Shown: positions 1 to 10,000 of the stretch, piece by piece
Layout of the letters: each line of letters begins with the position of its first letter
Position numbering within the stretch: position 1 is the stretch's first letter
Source of the DNA: a bacterium
Lineage (GTDB): Bacteria > Hinthialibacterota > Hinthialibacteria > Hinthialibacterales > Hinthialibacteraceae
Assembly: GCA_963662285.2 (NCBI GenBank)
Contig: CAXXMV010000008.1
Coordinates: 750,083 to 782,082 of the forward strand
Length of the DNA: 32,000 bases
Reading direction: 5' to 3'
Notes under the pieces: generated by a model
What the model saw: the letters and a program-made list of their open reading frames with translations, nothing else
Databases searched by the model: none
What the model was told of the DNA's origin: nothing
Position numbers and translations under genes: made by a program

Positions 1-2971
1 ATTCACGTATAGCATAAGCGGAATGATAGGCTTCCTGAGCTTCATTCGTTTTACCTAATTCTATCAGTACATCTCCATATTGGATTAGGCCACGAGCATA
101 TCGATAATGCCATTGTTCATTTCCTCCATATATTTCTACACATTGCTTCTGAATGGCAAGAGCATTTTTATACACATTATCGATGTTTAATCGCAACGCC
201 TCAGATAAGTTTTTTTTCAGGAGTAGATCAGAATATTGAAAAAATATTGCTGAGAACTCAGATTTCCATTGGATATTATCCGGATCTTTTTCTATAAGGA
301 ATTTACATATCTCAATTGCGGTATCACATTCTTGAACAGCTTCATCGACATTATCTTGCGCTTCAAGCACCATACTTATTTTTCCGTGGATTATAGCCAG
401 AGTACGTTGCCATTCAGGATTGCCGGTATCTGTATTGGTTAAACGATCATGGATCGATTGGGCTTTACGATACGAATGCAATGCATCCGGTAAATTACCT
501 TGATCCATCAGCATCCCGCCAACCGTGATATGGCAGACTGACAGACCGTGTTGTTGGGAAAATTCACTAGAACCGCTCTCTATGATATTTTGCAAGATAT
601 CCCGTACGCACTGCATAAACCGTAAACGTAAAATTAATGGGGTATGGCTTTCTAGGGCATTTAAAAGAAATTCATGAAATTTCATGCAAATATTGATTCG
701 TTCGTACGGTTTTAATTGACTTTTATCCAATAGCGAAAGCACCCAGTCGAAACCAGGACCAAAATCCACTGTTTCCGAATCGGATTTTGGATTCGTTTCC
801 AACTGATTGCGAATGATATGCTCCGCCAAACTCCAGGTGGGACCCCAATGTTGATTTTTAGTAACCTCAAAAAGCAATCTCGCATAATATTTTGCCGCCA
901 TCAATTTAGCATCCGCACCAATGTAATGAAACATCAAGTTGCTGAATTGGATGAGATCGGTGGAATCCAAATCACTTAGATAATCGGCAATACCAAGATG
1001 AATACTTTTTTCTTTTTCAGTATCGCTTAGGTAACGGTGGTAAATTGCTTCCCGCATTTTTGTGTGAAAAAAATCCCATTGTCCCTGTTCGCCTTTTTGT
1101 ACAATATGAGATCGAAAAGTACGGCGTAAACTGGCAAAACGCAGATCATTCCATGGGCAATCGTCCGTAGAAATTTCTGGATACAATTGAGCCATAATGC
1201 GGGGCAAAAGAATGCGTATATCTTTTTCCCGCCACCCCTGACGGCTGACTGCGATCAGGTTCGCAAAACTTTCAGCCCATTCTTTGCCGTGGATTTCTTC
1301 CGCATGTTCTAACATAAAACCATACATGCCTTCCACATCGGGAGGAAAGGATTGGGTTGTATCGCACATCATGGCCAAAAGACGTTCTTCATCGGTTCCG
1401 GAATATTGTTGATGAGCACGTTTAAAATCATCCGCGTCGAGAAGATTCAACTCTTCAACAGCAAGTTCCAGCCACAGTGGAATTCCTAAAGATGGTTCGT
1501 CATCAGCATTTTGTTTGTCCAGTAAAATTTGTAAAACTTTTTGATTCAGGGTTCGATGGTATCGGGCGCATATTGTTTTTATTATGCTTTCCGCCTCATC
1601 TGTATTGAGCAATGACAATGGGAGCAAATCAATTCCTTTGCGCTGCTGCAAGGATTCCGATTCGGAACCAGGAATAGTGGTTGCAATAAGCCGCACATTG
1701 TCAGGAAGAATTCTTCGTAACCAAGTCATATACGAAGCGCGGGGAGAACGCTCGAATTGGTTTAGGGCATCGATGAGCAACACCACGCGGCGTTTTAACG
1801 AAGTCTGACCTAGAATTGTAAAAAACGTGTTTTCGATCTCCTCAGTCGAAAAACCTTGGCGTGTTTCTTGTTCTACTGGTCTTGATTCCAGATCATTCTG
1901 GTATTTTGTGCTGTGGGTATCTTTCTCTGCCAGAGGATTTTCGATTGAAAGGAATTGCGCCAATTCCTCCGTCCAGCGCAAGAGCATGGCATCAACTTGA
2001 CCGGCTTGCTGGCTAATGCCAGCAGCATGTGAAAGTAACAAGACATCTGATGATTCGAGCATACGATGCATATAGGCGAACAGGGCGCTTTTCCCTGAGC
2101 CTGTTCTTCCGGTGATACATATTCCCCATTTTTCATCTTTGAGTGCAATCGATGTGACATGTTTCATCAGGGTTTTGATGATATCGGCGCGTCCGATGAA
2201 GTCACGTCCGCGCTGTTCCACGAATGTATTCAGGATCGAACGTTCCTGTTCCTGCCAAGAGGAAACACTTTGATGGGCGAATTCCAACGTTTCTTCATTC
2301 AGTTCATTCCACAAGTCTTCAAGAACCTGGTTACCCAAGTCTTCAAGATTGTAAACTTGTATAGTTCCATCTGAATCGGATTTCCAATCAGCTCTGTAAG
2401 AACGAACACGGTCGGGCAATTCTTGTGTGATGCGTTCTTTAAGCGCTCTCAAGCGTTCGGCGCGTGCGGGTTCGCCGGCATGTTGTTCGCTGAAATGAGA
2501 AGATTGAGCTAGCGTCATCCGATCGTAGTCAAACGATTCTCTAAAATAAAAGAAACATCTCTTTTGCTGGCTAGGTGATTTCAATACGCCATATTCAATT
2601 TCAAGAGCCGTAACGCTTTTACCCTCCAAATCGCTTTCGAAACTGGCCTCTTGTGTGGCAGCCGCCATTCGTTCTTTTGGTGGAACCCATCCATAACGAT
2701 CACCGATGAGACCGATTAAAAACGGTCGGCTGCGCTGTATTTCATCAAGGCATACTTTAAGAACTAACATTTCCTTTTGGTGAGTTTCATCTATTGATAT
2801 GGTCTCAACTCCCCAACGCAAATCGATAGATTCTAGATGGTGACGTCTTTCACGTAGACGCTCTTCCAATTCAGGAAATACAACATTGCGTAAATAATCT
2901 CTTTCCGCTTGCATATCTATAAACGTACTTGTAATAAAAATTGGTCGTGTTTTCCAGTGAGCAGAAGTCAT
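1..2971 (-). CDS. DUF4062 (TIR-like) - STAND P-loop NTPase - TPR protein; C-terminus runs off the window start
   Basis: Missing from the ORF track because it is open to the window edge. My own minus-strand translation from the ATG at 2971 gives ~990 stop-free codons: MTSAHWKTRPIFITSTFIDMQAERDYL...IDLRWGV...CLDEIQRSRPFLIGLIGDRYGWVPP (DUF4062 signature), Walker A GRTGSGKS, Walker B VVLLIDALNQ, RLIATT, then TPR-like helical repeats to the edge. The small track ORFs at 1584-2374 are shadows inside it. Confidence 0.85.
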   Translation of the reverse strand, partial: MTSAHWKTRPIFITSTFIDMQAERDYLRNVVFPELEERLRERRHHLESIDLRWGVETISIDETHQKEMLVLKVCLDEIQRSRPFLIGLIGDRYGWVPPKERMAAATQEASFESDLEGKSVTALEIEYGVLKSPSQQKRCFFYFRESFDYDRMTLAQSSHFSEQHAGEPARAERLRALKERITQELPDRVRSYRADWKSDSDGTIQVYNLEDLGNQVLEDLWNELNEETLEFAHQSVSSWQEQERSILNTFVEQRGRDFIGRADIIKTLMKHVTSIALKDEKWGICITGRTGSGKSALFAYMHRMLESSDVLLLSHAAGISQQAGQVDAMLLRWTEELAQFLSIENPLAEKDTHSTKYQNDLESRPVEQETRQGFSTEEIENTFFTILGQTSLKRRVVLLIDALNQFERSPRASYMTWLRRILPDNVRLIATTIPGSESESLQQRKGIDLLPLSLLNTDEAESIIKTICARYHRTLNQKVLQILLDKQNADDEPSLGIPLWLELAVEELNLLDADDFKRAHQQYSGTDEERLLAMMCDTTQSFPPDVEGMYGFMLEHAEEIHGKEWAESFANLIAVSRQGWREKDIRILLPRIMAQLYPEISTDDCPWNDLRFASLRRTFRSHIVQKGEQGQWDFFHTKMREAIYHRYLSDTEKEKSIHLGIADYLSDLDSTDLIQFSNLMFHYIGADAKLMAAKYYARLLFEVTKNQHWGPTWSLAEHIIRNQLETNPKSDSETVDFGPGFDWVLSLLDKSQLKPYERINICMKFHEFLLNALESHTPLILRLRFMQCVRDILQNIIESGSSEFSQQHGLSVCHITVGGMLMDQGNLPDALHSYRKAQSIHDRLTNTDTGNPEWQRTLAIIHGKISMVLEAQDNVDEAVQECDTAIEICKFLIEKDPDNIQWKSEFSAIFFQYSDLLLKKNLSEALRLNIDNVYKNALAIQKQCVEIYGGNEQWHYRYARGLIQYGDVLIELGKTNEAQEAYHSAYAIRE

Positions 2972-3327
2972 TTTTGATATTATCCTTTACTCGAGTTACG
3001 CTAATAAATTGCATTCCAATAGAAAAAATTACATTCCTCTATGCGAAAGTGCATATTTTTCTCAAAGGTCAAAGAAAGTTGCTAACTCCTCCCGATCCCT
3101 GAAAAACGGATAAAGCCGTTTCGGGAATGTTGCGTCTCTAACTTACTTCCAACAAGCAGAATATTGATTCAGTACGTTTCCAAAAATCGTTGAAGTTTCT
3201 TGCCCCAATACGCATCTTTGTGACTGTAACTAATTAAATCTCAAGATATATGGTTATTTGTCAGCGTACCTTTTATGAGCATTTTCCTAAGCGGTGAAAA
3301 TTATATTTCAAGCTTATTAAGCAAACA

Positions 3328-5043
3328 CTACTTCACGATTTTCTTTCCTACTTTTTTCAGATAATCTGGAATATTCTTTACGGCATCCCGGTCATAGTCT
3401 TTTGTTTCTTCATCCAGGTCTTGCCACTCTTTCATATCTGGATGAGTTCGTTGTTTTATATCATTTGGCCCTTCAGTAAAATTTTCCAAGCGGTTAAAGG
3501 CAAGCCAGCGTTTGTGTTCCATTTCCGCAAGAATTTCTATATCTTCCTTAGAAAAATGATATTCTTCAACTTCGCTAGTTGCACATATGATTTGAAGACC
3601 AAGTGTGCGGAGTTTGATTCCAATGTGCAGCGCTTGAAGTCTGTTGGATTCGCGATAATACATATTTAACTGATTCCAGGATTTGTGAGACTCCGTCATC
3701 CCAAAGTCATTTTTTTTTGCTGCGGATTCTAAATAATTTTTATGAATGACTTTTGCCAGATGGTCTAGTTCATCTTCAACAATACATTGTAATGTTGCCG
3801 TTTCATTCAATGCACCAAAATAGTTAAAAGCCGCATCCCGAAATTCAGAGTTCATATAACAGGATTGATCAACATCGGCAGGAATTCTTACAAAGATGGG
3901 AATTTTATATTTTTTTAGTTGTTGAGAAATATTATGAGGATATAAGAATGACTTGCGCTTTTCATTGAAACAAAATACAGCGGATATTATCGCATTTTTA
4001 TTGTCCAGCCATTTCGTGAATTGTTTATCAAGGGTTTCCTTTTCAATGTCGGCATGAATAAATTCTATATCAGCCAGTGTATTGATTTGTGGATATTTTG
4101 CATATAATTCTTGCTTTCGGTTTTCCGAATCTAAATCGATAATAGATATTAATGTTTTTTGCTGATTTGCCATTTGATAGAGTTGAATGGCTTTAATAAC
4201 TAAAATTTCCCCCAAACATCCAAATCCTATAAGAATTAAATGGATAAAGTTATTGGAAGAAGGCATGATGGGGTTATAATCCAGCGGAGATTCATTTAAT
4301 AGTTTCCTAGCCATGATCTCATACAAGTTGATGATTTGAAACTCTAATCCTGAATGCGGATTCAAGAATAAGTCTTTATCTCGTAAAACAATACACATTT
4401 TTGAGTCAATTATATGAATATAGTTTCTAAGGATATTACATTTTTTTGATGCAACTGAATCTAACAAAGTCTGATGTACTTCATAAGCAAGTTCCATATT
4501 CTTAATATCTTCATCAAAAAAAGCAAATAAGTATGATGCTTTTTGAATACCTGCTTCAAGCAAAATAGAGTATTTTGTTGGTTCTGCTTGGATATGGTAC
4601 AAATCCTGATTGTTGAAATCATTTGAAACAATATCCAGACTAACATCAGCAAGCAGTACAACGTTTTTTTGCTTTTCTAACAAATCACAAATAAGATGTT
4701 TTGCCATTGGGGAATAGCCACAAACAATGTAGTGAGAATTAAAAAATCGAAGGATAAGTGATATATATTTTTTATAAAACAACGCGATGAATCCTAAAAC
4801 CAATGTAAATGAGGATGTAACGACTCCCAGCCATCGAGCCAATTCTACTTGCCATGTTTGAGGAAGATCATCATATTCAAGAATAAATAATTGAATAGTG
4901 CTGTAAAGACGATCCCAAAGACTCCATGCAGGATGTTCAAAGAAATAACCCCAAAGCCCCAAAAATATTGTCCAACAGATTAGACAGGACAAAATTGAAC
5001 CGCGATTGACTTCGATGTATTTGATACCTTTCAAAATATTCAT
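3328..5043 (-). CDS. Membrane protein: 2TM channel-like N-terminus, two Rossmann-like (TrkA-N/RCK-like) units, C-terminal RyR-domain module
   Basis: 571-aa ORF. Two hydrophobic helices (ILSCLICWTIFLGLWGYFF and WLGVVTSSFTLVLGFIALFY) flank LYSTIQLFILEYDD, a K-channel-like layout with no TVGYG filter. The first Rossmann unit is degenerate (IVCGYSPMA); the second has GxGxxG (LIGFGCLGE). The C-terminus carries a RyR signature: EMEHKRWLAFNRL...HPDMKEWQDLDEETKDYDRDAVKNIPDYLKKVG. An ATGA start/stop overlap links it to the upstream ORF. Confidence 0.8.
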   Translation of the reverse strand: MNILKGIKYIEVNRGSILSCLICWTIFLGLWGYFFEHPAWSLWDRLYSTIQLFILEYDDLPQTWQVELARWLGVVTSSFTLVLGFIALFYKKYISLILRFFNSHYIVCGYSPMAKHLICDLLEKQKNVVLLADVSLDIVSNDFNNQDLYHIQAEPTKYSILLEAGIQKASYLFAFFDEDIKNMELAYEVHQTLLDSVASKKCNILRNYIHIIDSKMCIVLRDKDLFLNPHSGLEFQIINLYEIMARKLLNESPLDYNPIMPSSNNFIHLILIGFGCLGEILVIKAIQLYQMANQQKTLISIIDLDSENRKQELYAKYPQINTLADIEFIHADIEKETLDKQFTKWLDNKNAIISAVFCFNEKRKSFLYPHNISQQLKKYKIPIFVRIPADVDQSCYMNSEFRDAAFNYFGALNETATLQCIVEDELDHLAKVIHKNYLESAAKKNDFGMTESHKSWNQLNMYYRESNRLQALHIGIKLRTLGLQIICATSEVEEYHFSKEDIEILAEMEHKRWLAFNRLENFTEGPNDIKQRTHPDMKEWQDLDEETKDYDRDAVKNIPDYLKKVGKKIVK

Positions 5044-6128
5044 AACTGTATCGACTTCGTTAGCTTTGGAATCATTTGATAATCTCTATCTTCAAAGGGT
5101 TTTTGAAATTCCAATAGCAATTCTTTCATTATGGGATGTATTGCGCATTGCTCCTTTACGTGGCAGTATTGGCAGGTAGTTTTTCCGGTAATTCCCAATT
5201 TCCCGACACCCGCCAACTCACCGGATCCCGAAGCTTTTATCACGGTTCCTTTCCCTTGAGGTGTTAACCAGTAAGCAAAATGACAATGCAGCGGCTCGAC
5301 TTCAGCCCAATCGCCTGCTTGTAGGGTTTTAACATTCCAAGTTAATGAGCCCCGCTGGTTCATTGGTTTAGACCAAATTTGCATTTCACCCGATAGAATC
5401 CCATAGATTTCAACAGCAGGAAGTCCGTGAACATGGACATCCTGTTTGTCTTTGGGCGAGAAAAAACTCCATGTAAATCCCAATCCTTGTTTTTGATAGG
5501 GTAAATAAGGATCGGCTACACGGAGATTAAAGGCTCGATTTCCTGCAGAAAGAATTTCATCTACGGTCTGGCTTTTAACAACTCGGACTCCGGTTTCTTG
5601 CAACGAAGCCCAATGACATGCCAATGCATCCATGGATGGAATTGTTGATGTTGTATCGATAACCTCAGAAAAATGACTTTGAACATAATTAGCTATCGTT
5701 CGGACATTTGGCTCTTTTGTATCTGCAAGAACTTCATTCAACAATTTCCAGGAAATAATATCTTTTTGCGTATTCAAGTTAGCCCAACCAGATTCAGTTA
5801 ATGAGATTGTCACTGGGTATAAATACCATTTTTTGTTTAGCCCCTCGTAGCGTGGACTATTATGATCGTTTAACAAAAGTGGCAATTCATCTTCTAAAAA
5901 GTAACTTCCTGGCTTCAGTCCAAGATCTTCCTTTAAGGGACGTACGAGTGCTTTATAAAGCGATTCCCCCTGACGTAACTTTGTTGAGGGAAATGTTGGA
6001 TGTCCTTGTTTTTCTATTAGCAGAAATTGTACAGGGTCATGAGAAGATAATTTTCTGCAAATCAAACAATATAATACATACGAAATGGACATATCTCTGA
6101 CATTTTCTCGATTTGATTTTTCACACAT
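5040..6128 (-). CDS. Degenerate Nudix-fold domain fused to a cupin-like domain and a C-terminal Cys/His cluster
   Basis: 362-aa ORF. It has a Nudix-like box, FPSTKLRQGESLYKALVRPLKEDLGL, where canonical RE is RP and EE is ED. Cupin-like motifs are HVHGLPAVEIYGILSG and GDWAEVEPLHCH. CQYCHVKEQCAIH lies near the C-terminus. The 4-nt ATGA overlap with the 3328-5043 ORF implies an operon. Confidence 0.65.
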   Translation of the reverse strand: MCEKSNRENVRDMSISYVLYCLICRKLSSHDPVQFLLIEKQGHPTFPSTKLRQGESLYKALVRPLKEDLGLKPGSYFLEDELPLLLNDHNSPRYEGLNKKWYLYPVTISLTESGWANLNTQKDIISWKLLNEVLADTKEPNVRTIANYVQSHFSEVIDTTSTIPSMDALACHWASLQETGVRVVKSQTVDEILSAGNRAFNLRVADPYLPYQKQGLGFTWSFFSPKDKQDVHVHGLPAVEIYGILSGEMQIWSKPMNQRGSLTWNVKTLQAGDWAEVEPLHCHFAYWLTPQGKGTVIKASGSGELAGVGKLGITGKTTCQYCHVKEQCAIHPIMKELLLEFQKPFEDRDYQMIPKLTKSIQL

Positions 6129-6396
6129 ATAGAATACCTATTTGGGCAAGTATTTCCTGGTTCAACGTGAACTGGAGAATCACTCGTTCTGAGTTAGCAC
6201 TTCTTTGTATAATAGTTTGAGTTTTTTAGGCAAGGGGAAACTATCAATCCAATGAATATCTTTTAATGGGAGGCGTAGAAGGAGTGGCCTTCCACACCCC
6301 ACTCATCGTCTTGATGAGTTCCATCCGGCTATCCCTGGCGAGTTGCGCTCCCACAGAGCCCGCGTCCGTTTCACCGGATGCTATCATCTTCTTACA

Positions 6397-6822
6397 TCAC
6401 GTCAGCCGTGTCAAGAGTTTGCACGGCCTGCAGGTTGGCCTTTCTCCTTCCCGCGCTGCGTGAAGTTTACGATCCCATTCAGCGAAGATCGTGGGTCCGC
6501 GTCCGTCAGAGTTCCTTAAGACTTTTTTTACCTGAATGTGCTTCTCCATGAGTTCATCGAGTACTTCGTTCTTGCGTTTGAGTTTTTTTCCCAGCGCTGC
6601 GATTTTTCTCTCAGCGGTGGCAGACACGTCACTTGGGTTGGATTAGAAGGCGGCGGCTCCATTTTCAAAGAATTGCTTCTGTCAGCGGTAGAACATGGAC
6701 GGTTGCAGCCCATACGTCTCACAGTTATCCGATACCTCCTGCCTGTCCACCAAATGGCGCTTCAAAATCCCGACTTTTCCCTGCGGGGTGCAATGCTTGA
6801 GTTTCTTTATGATCTCCTCCAT
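6397..6822 (-). pseudogene. IS3-family-like transposase OrfA remnant with two in-frame stops; the DDE OrfB is missing
   Basis: Minus-strand reading from the ATG at 6822: MEEIIKKLKHCTPQGKVGILKRHLVDRQEVSDNCETYGLQPSMFYR*QKQFFENGAAAF*SNPSDVSATAERKIAALGKKLKRKNEVLDELMEKHIQVKKVL. This is an HTH plus leucine-zipper OrfA layout. There is a TGA at 6682-6684 (where Trp is expected in FYRWQK) and a TAA at 6643-6645. An A7 run (gtaaaaaaagtc) at the zipper end resembles an IS3 slippery site. No integrase-core ORF follows. Confidence 0.55.
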
Positions 6823-7012
6823 TCGAATATGCTATGCTAACTCAAATGAAGTATTTCTCCATTTCCGTTTGAAACGGAGCACGGGAAGGAAGATTGACAT
6901 GTCACTACTTTGTATGATAAAATCAGGTGTGATATATTTCAGAATAATTCTGGATTAAATGGAAAATCTTGGACATATTGACTAATTTTTTATATCAATT
7001 ATAGAGGAATCC

Positions 7013-10000
7013 ATGCTTCATTGCCCTAAATGCCATTCTTCAGATTTGACATTTCGTAAAAAGAAAAACGTCTATATTTGCGATAACTGCGATCATGAGT
7101 TTCATACGAAACAATCATTTACCGCAAAGCGGATTTTTATCAGTTACGGACATGATGAACATGCCGCGTTGGCAGAAAAACTCAAAAACGATCTTGAAAA
7201 GCGTGGACAACTTGTTTGGTTCGATCGCAACCGGATTCCGCTGGGGCCGGATTGGGAGCTCAGCATCGAACAAGGTCTGGCTTGGTTGAGAGAGAACAGG
7301 GAAAACAGTCTCTTTATCATCATCATGACACCCCACTCCGTGCGGCGACCGGATGCTTATTGTCTAAATGAAATAGCTTATGCGGTTTCTAAAAAATTCG
7401 ACATTTTACCGATCATGCTGGTATATTGCGAACCGCCACTGTCGATCCTTCGCTATCAATATCTAGATATGCAGGATTGTCTTCCAATCGATATTCACGC
7501 AACACGCTATGAGAAGCATTTTGAACGACTGTGCCAAGCGATCGAGCAGAACCATCGTGATTTTGAGGGTAATCAAGCATATTTCATGAAGTATCTTGAT
7601 CCATTTTCGCTCTCATTCAACGCTCAAGTATTATCGAAATTGCCGAATTTTGTGGGACGAGGGTGGGTGATAGAAGCAATCGACCGCTGGCTCAGCGATC
7701 CTGAAGGTTCAAAAGTGTTTTGGATCAGCGGCAAGGCGGGCATCGGAAAATCATCGTTGTCGGTTTGGCTTGTTGAGAATCGCCCGGAAATCGCCGCCTT
7801 TCACATGTGCGAGTATCGCAACAACAATAAATCCGATCCCAAAATATGTCTGCTGTTTCTAGTTTATCAACTCACCCAAGAACTGCCTGATTACCAGGAG
7901 AAACTATTACAGCGCGACATTTCCAAAGACGTGCTGGAAAGCGACGCTTCGACGTTGTTTGATTCGCTAGTGGTTGAGCCGCTTTCGATGATCAAAGCGC
8001 CTGAACACAACTTCGTGATTTTGATCGATGCGTTGGATGAAGCATCGCAAGGTCGTGTTAACGACCTGGCCGAATTCATCGCCAACGACTTCAAGAAGAC
8101 GCCTTCCTGGCTACGCCTCATTGTCACCAGCCGACCAGAGACGAATATCCAGACGTATTTTCAATCCATAGATCCCTTTGATTTGGACAAGGCCAAAGAT
8201 CAGAACGAAAACGACATCAAAACCTACTTACAAACTGCCTTGAAGCCGTTTTATCCCGATCAACCCATTTCTTCCGGCGTCTTGCAGACCATCGTCGAAA
8301 AAAGCGAGATGGTTTTCACCTACGTTCAACAAATCATCCAAGAATTGCACGCAGGCCGACTGTCGTTGGATCGGTTAGATGAATTTCCCCGCGGATTGGG
8401 CGAATACTTTTTTACATGGTTTAAGCGACAATTTCCCGAAGCCGACAAACGCAAGCATGACAGCCAGGGGACCGTAGAGATATACAAAAAGCAATGTCTC
8501 CCCTTGTTGGAACTCCTGGCTGTCGCCCAAGAGCCATTAGCCTTGAATACCATTAAATCGATTTTGAACTGGGGCGATTATGGCGATGACATCATTAACT
8601 TTTTCGGTTCATTGCTCATCAAGGATGAGACGGTTCATCCCTTTCACAGTTCGCTGATGGATTGGTTGGAAGATTCACAACGGTCGTATCCCTATACCAT
8701 CCGCGCCATCGCCGGGCATCGCCGTATGATGGAGTATGGTTGGGGAGTGTATGAAGACAATGTCCAAACCCTTCCTGTGTATTTTTTAAGGCGCCTTCCT
8801 CTTCATCTAATGGCTTTGGAGGAATGGGATCGTATCCGACAGTTTCTTTGTGAACCGCATATTCTCTCTCATTGGTCGAGGGATAAGCAGCAATATGAAT
8901 TGCTCGCGCTGTGGCGGCAAATTGGCGAGGCCCTGGACATGGTCGCTCTATATATGGAGGCGACTGTACATCTGGGGGCATCGGATTTTTCACCTCGGCG
9001 AAAGCAGCAGATTTTACGTTCGATCGCTTCGTTTTTGGCTTTGAACGGTCACTATTCGTCGGCGGAAACTCTTCTTCGACAAGCGTTAGCGATTCTGATG
9101 GAATTAGAGGAAGCGTCTTTGATCGATGTAACCGAATGCAAGGAGGATTTAGCGCGAGTTTATACACATCAATACAAGCAGGCCCCGGCGCTTCGTTTAT
9201 TTAAGGAAGTGGAAAAAGCATATGAAAGCGAATTGGGCTTGGATCACTCTGATATGGCAGATTTATTCACCCATATGTCGGATTTGTATTATCAGCAATG
9301 CCGATTCACTGAGGCAGCGCATTATTGCCGTCAGGCTCTTAATATCCATAAGAAACATTTTCACTTCAATCACTCTCTTCTCGCTGATTCGCAGCATGCC
9401 TTGGCGAATATCAATCGCTCTCAAGGGTGTGGTGAAGAAGCGGAATCGCTCTATTTGAGATGTCTGAACATTCACCACGAAAACTTGGGAGATGATCATA
9501 TCAAGGTCGCCGACGTGTTGCACGATTTGGCGATTCTCTACTTTCAACAAAATAACATTACGCAAGCGGAATACCATTTCAAACGCGCATTCGAGATTCG
9601 CAACCGTTTTTTGGGGGCGTCTCACCCTCAAATCGCGGATACATTGAGCGCGTTGGCGGACGTCATGGTCTCCAAAGGTGACCTTACGGGCGCCGAACGG
9701 TATTATCAAGACGCCTTACAGATGCTGGAGACGTCATTCGGCAAAGAAAGCGTAAAGCGGGCGGACGTTATGGAGCGATTCGCCGAGCTCTATATACGTC
9801 AGGATCGCTTTGAACCGGCGATGCGGCTGCTCGATGAAACTCTCTCCATTCGAAATAAGTATTTGGGTCCCATTCAGTTCGACACCATGCGCGCACGGCG
9901 TAAGAGAACACAATTACAGCTACGTTATGAAGGACTGGATAAAAGAAGTGCGTTTGCTAATCGAAATGAGTTCCTTGATATCGAAAGCAGACTGGCTGAA

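Noticed and set aside
1584-2374. Three short track ORFs (1584-1808 +, 1873-2160 -, 2159-2374 +)
   Set aside because: All lie inside the ~990-codon minus-strand reading frame that is open to the window edge. Their sequences are low-complexity shadow frames with no motifs.
3100-3125. Hairpin AAACGG-ataaag-CCGTTT as a terminator for the 3328-5043 gene
   Set aside because: The stem is only 6 bp, it lies ~200 nt past the stop, and its T-run is partly inside the stem. That is too weak to call.
6682-6684. TGA recoding (Trp or Gly), suggested by a TGA replacing the expected Trp in the IS fragment and by the in-frame TGA at 21265
   Set aside because: The long, well-supported genes at 7013-11638, 11663-15760, 15827-18304 and 18279-18710 all terminate at TGA with sensible C-termini. 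TGA is therefore a stop here, and both interrupted genes sit in decaying mobile DNA.
6978-7006. Sigma-70-like promoter (TTGACT, 16-nt spacer, TATAGA) upstream of the TIR-NACHT gene
   Set aside because: The -10 candidate overlaps the GAGG ribosome-binding site and would give a transcript starting at the ATG. The match is weak and the host's promoter consensus is unknown.
8619-9709. 182-aa and 148-aa minus-strand ORFs inside the TIR-NACHT-TPR gene
   Set aside because: They are antisense to a 1541-aa ORF that has strong domain signatures. Their composition (Pro/Arg/Ser-rich) is typical of the reverse frame of a GC-richer coding region.
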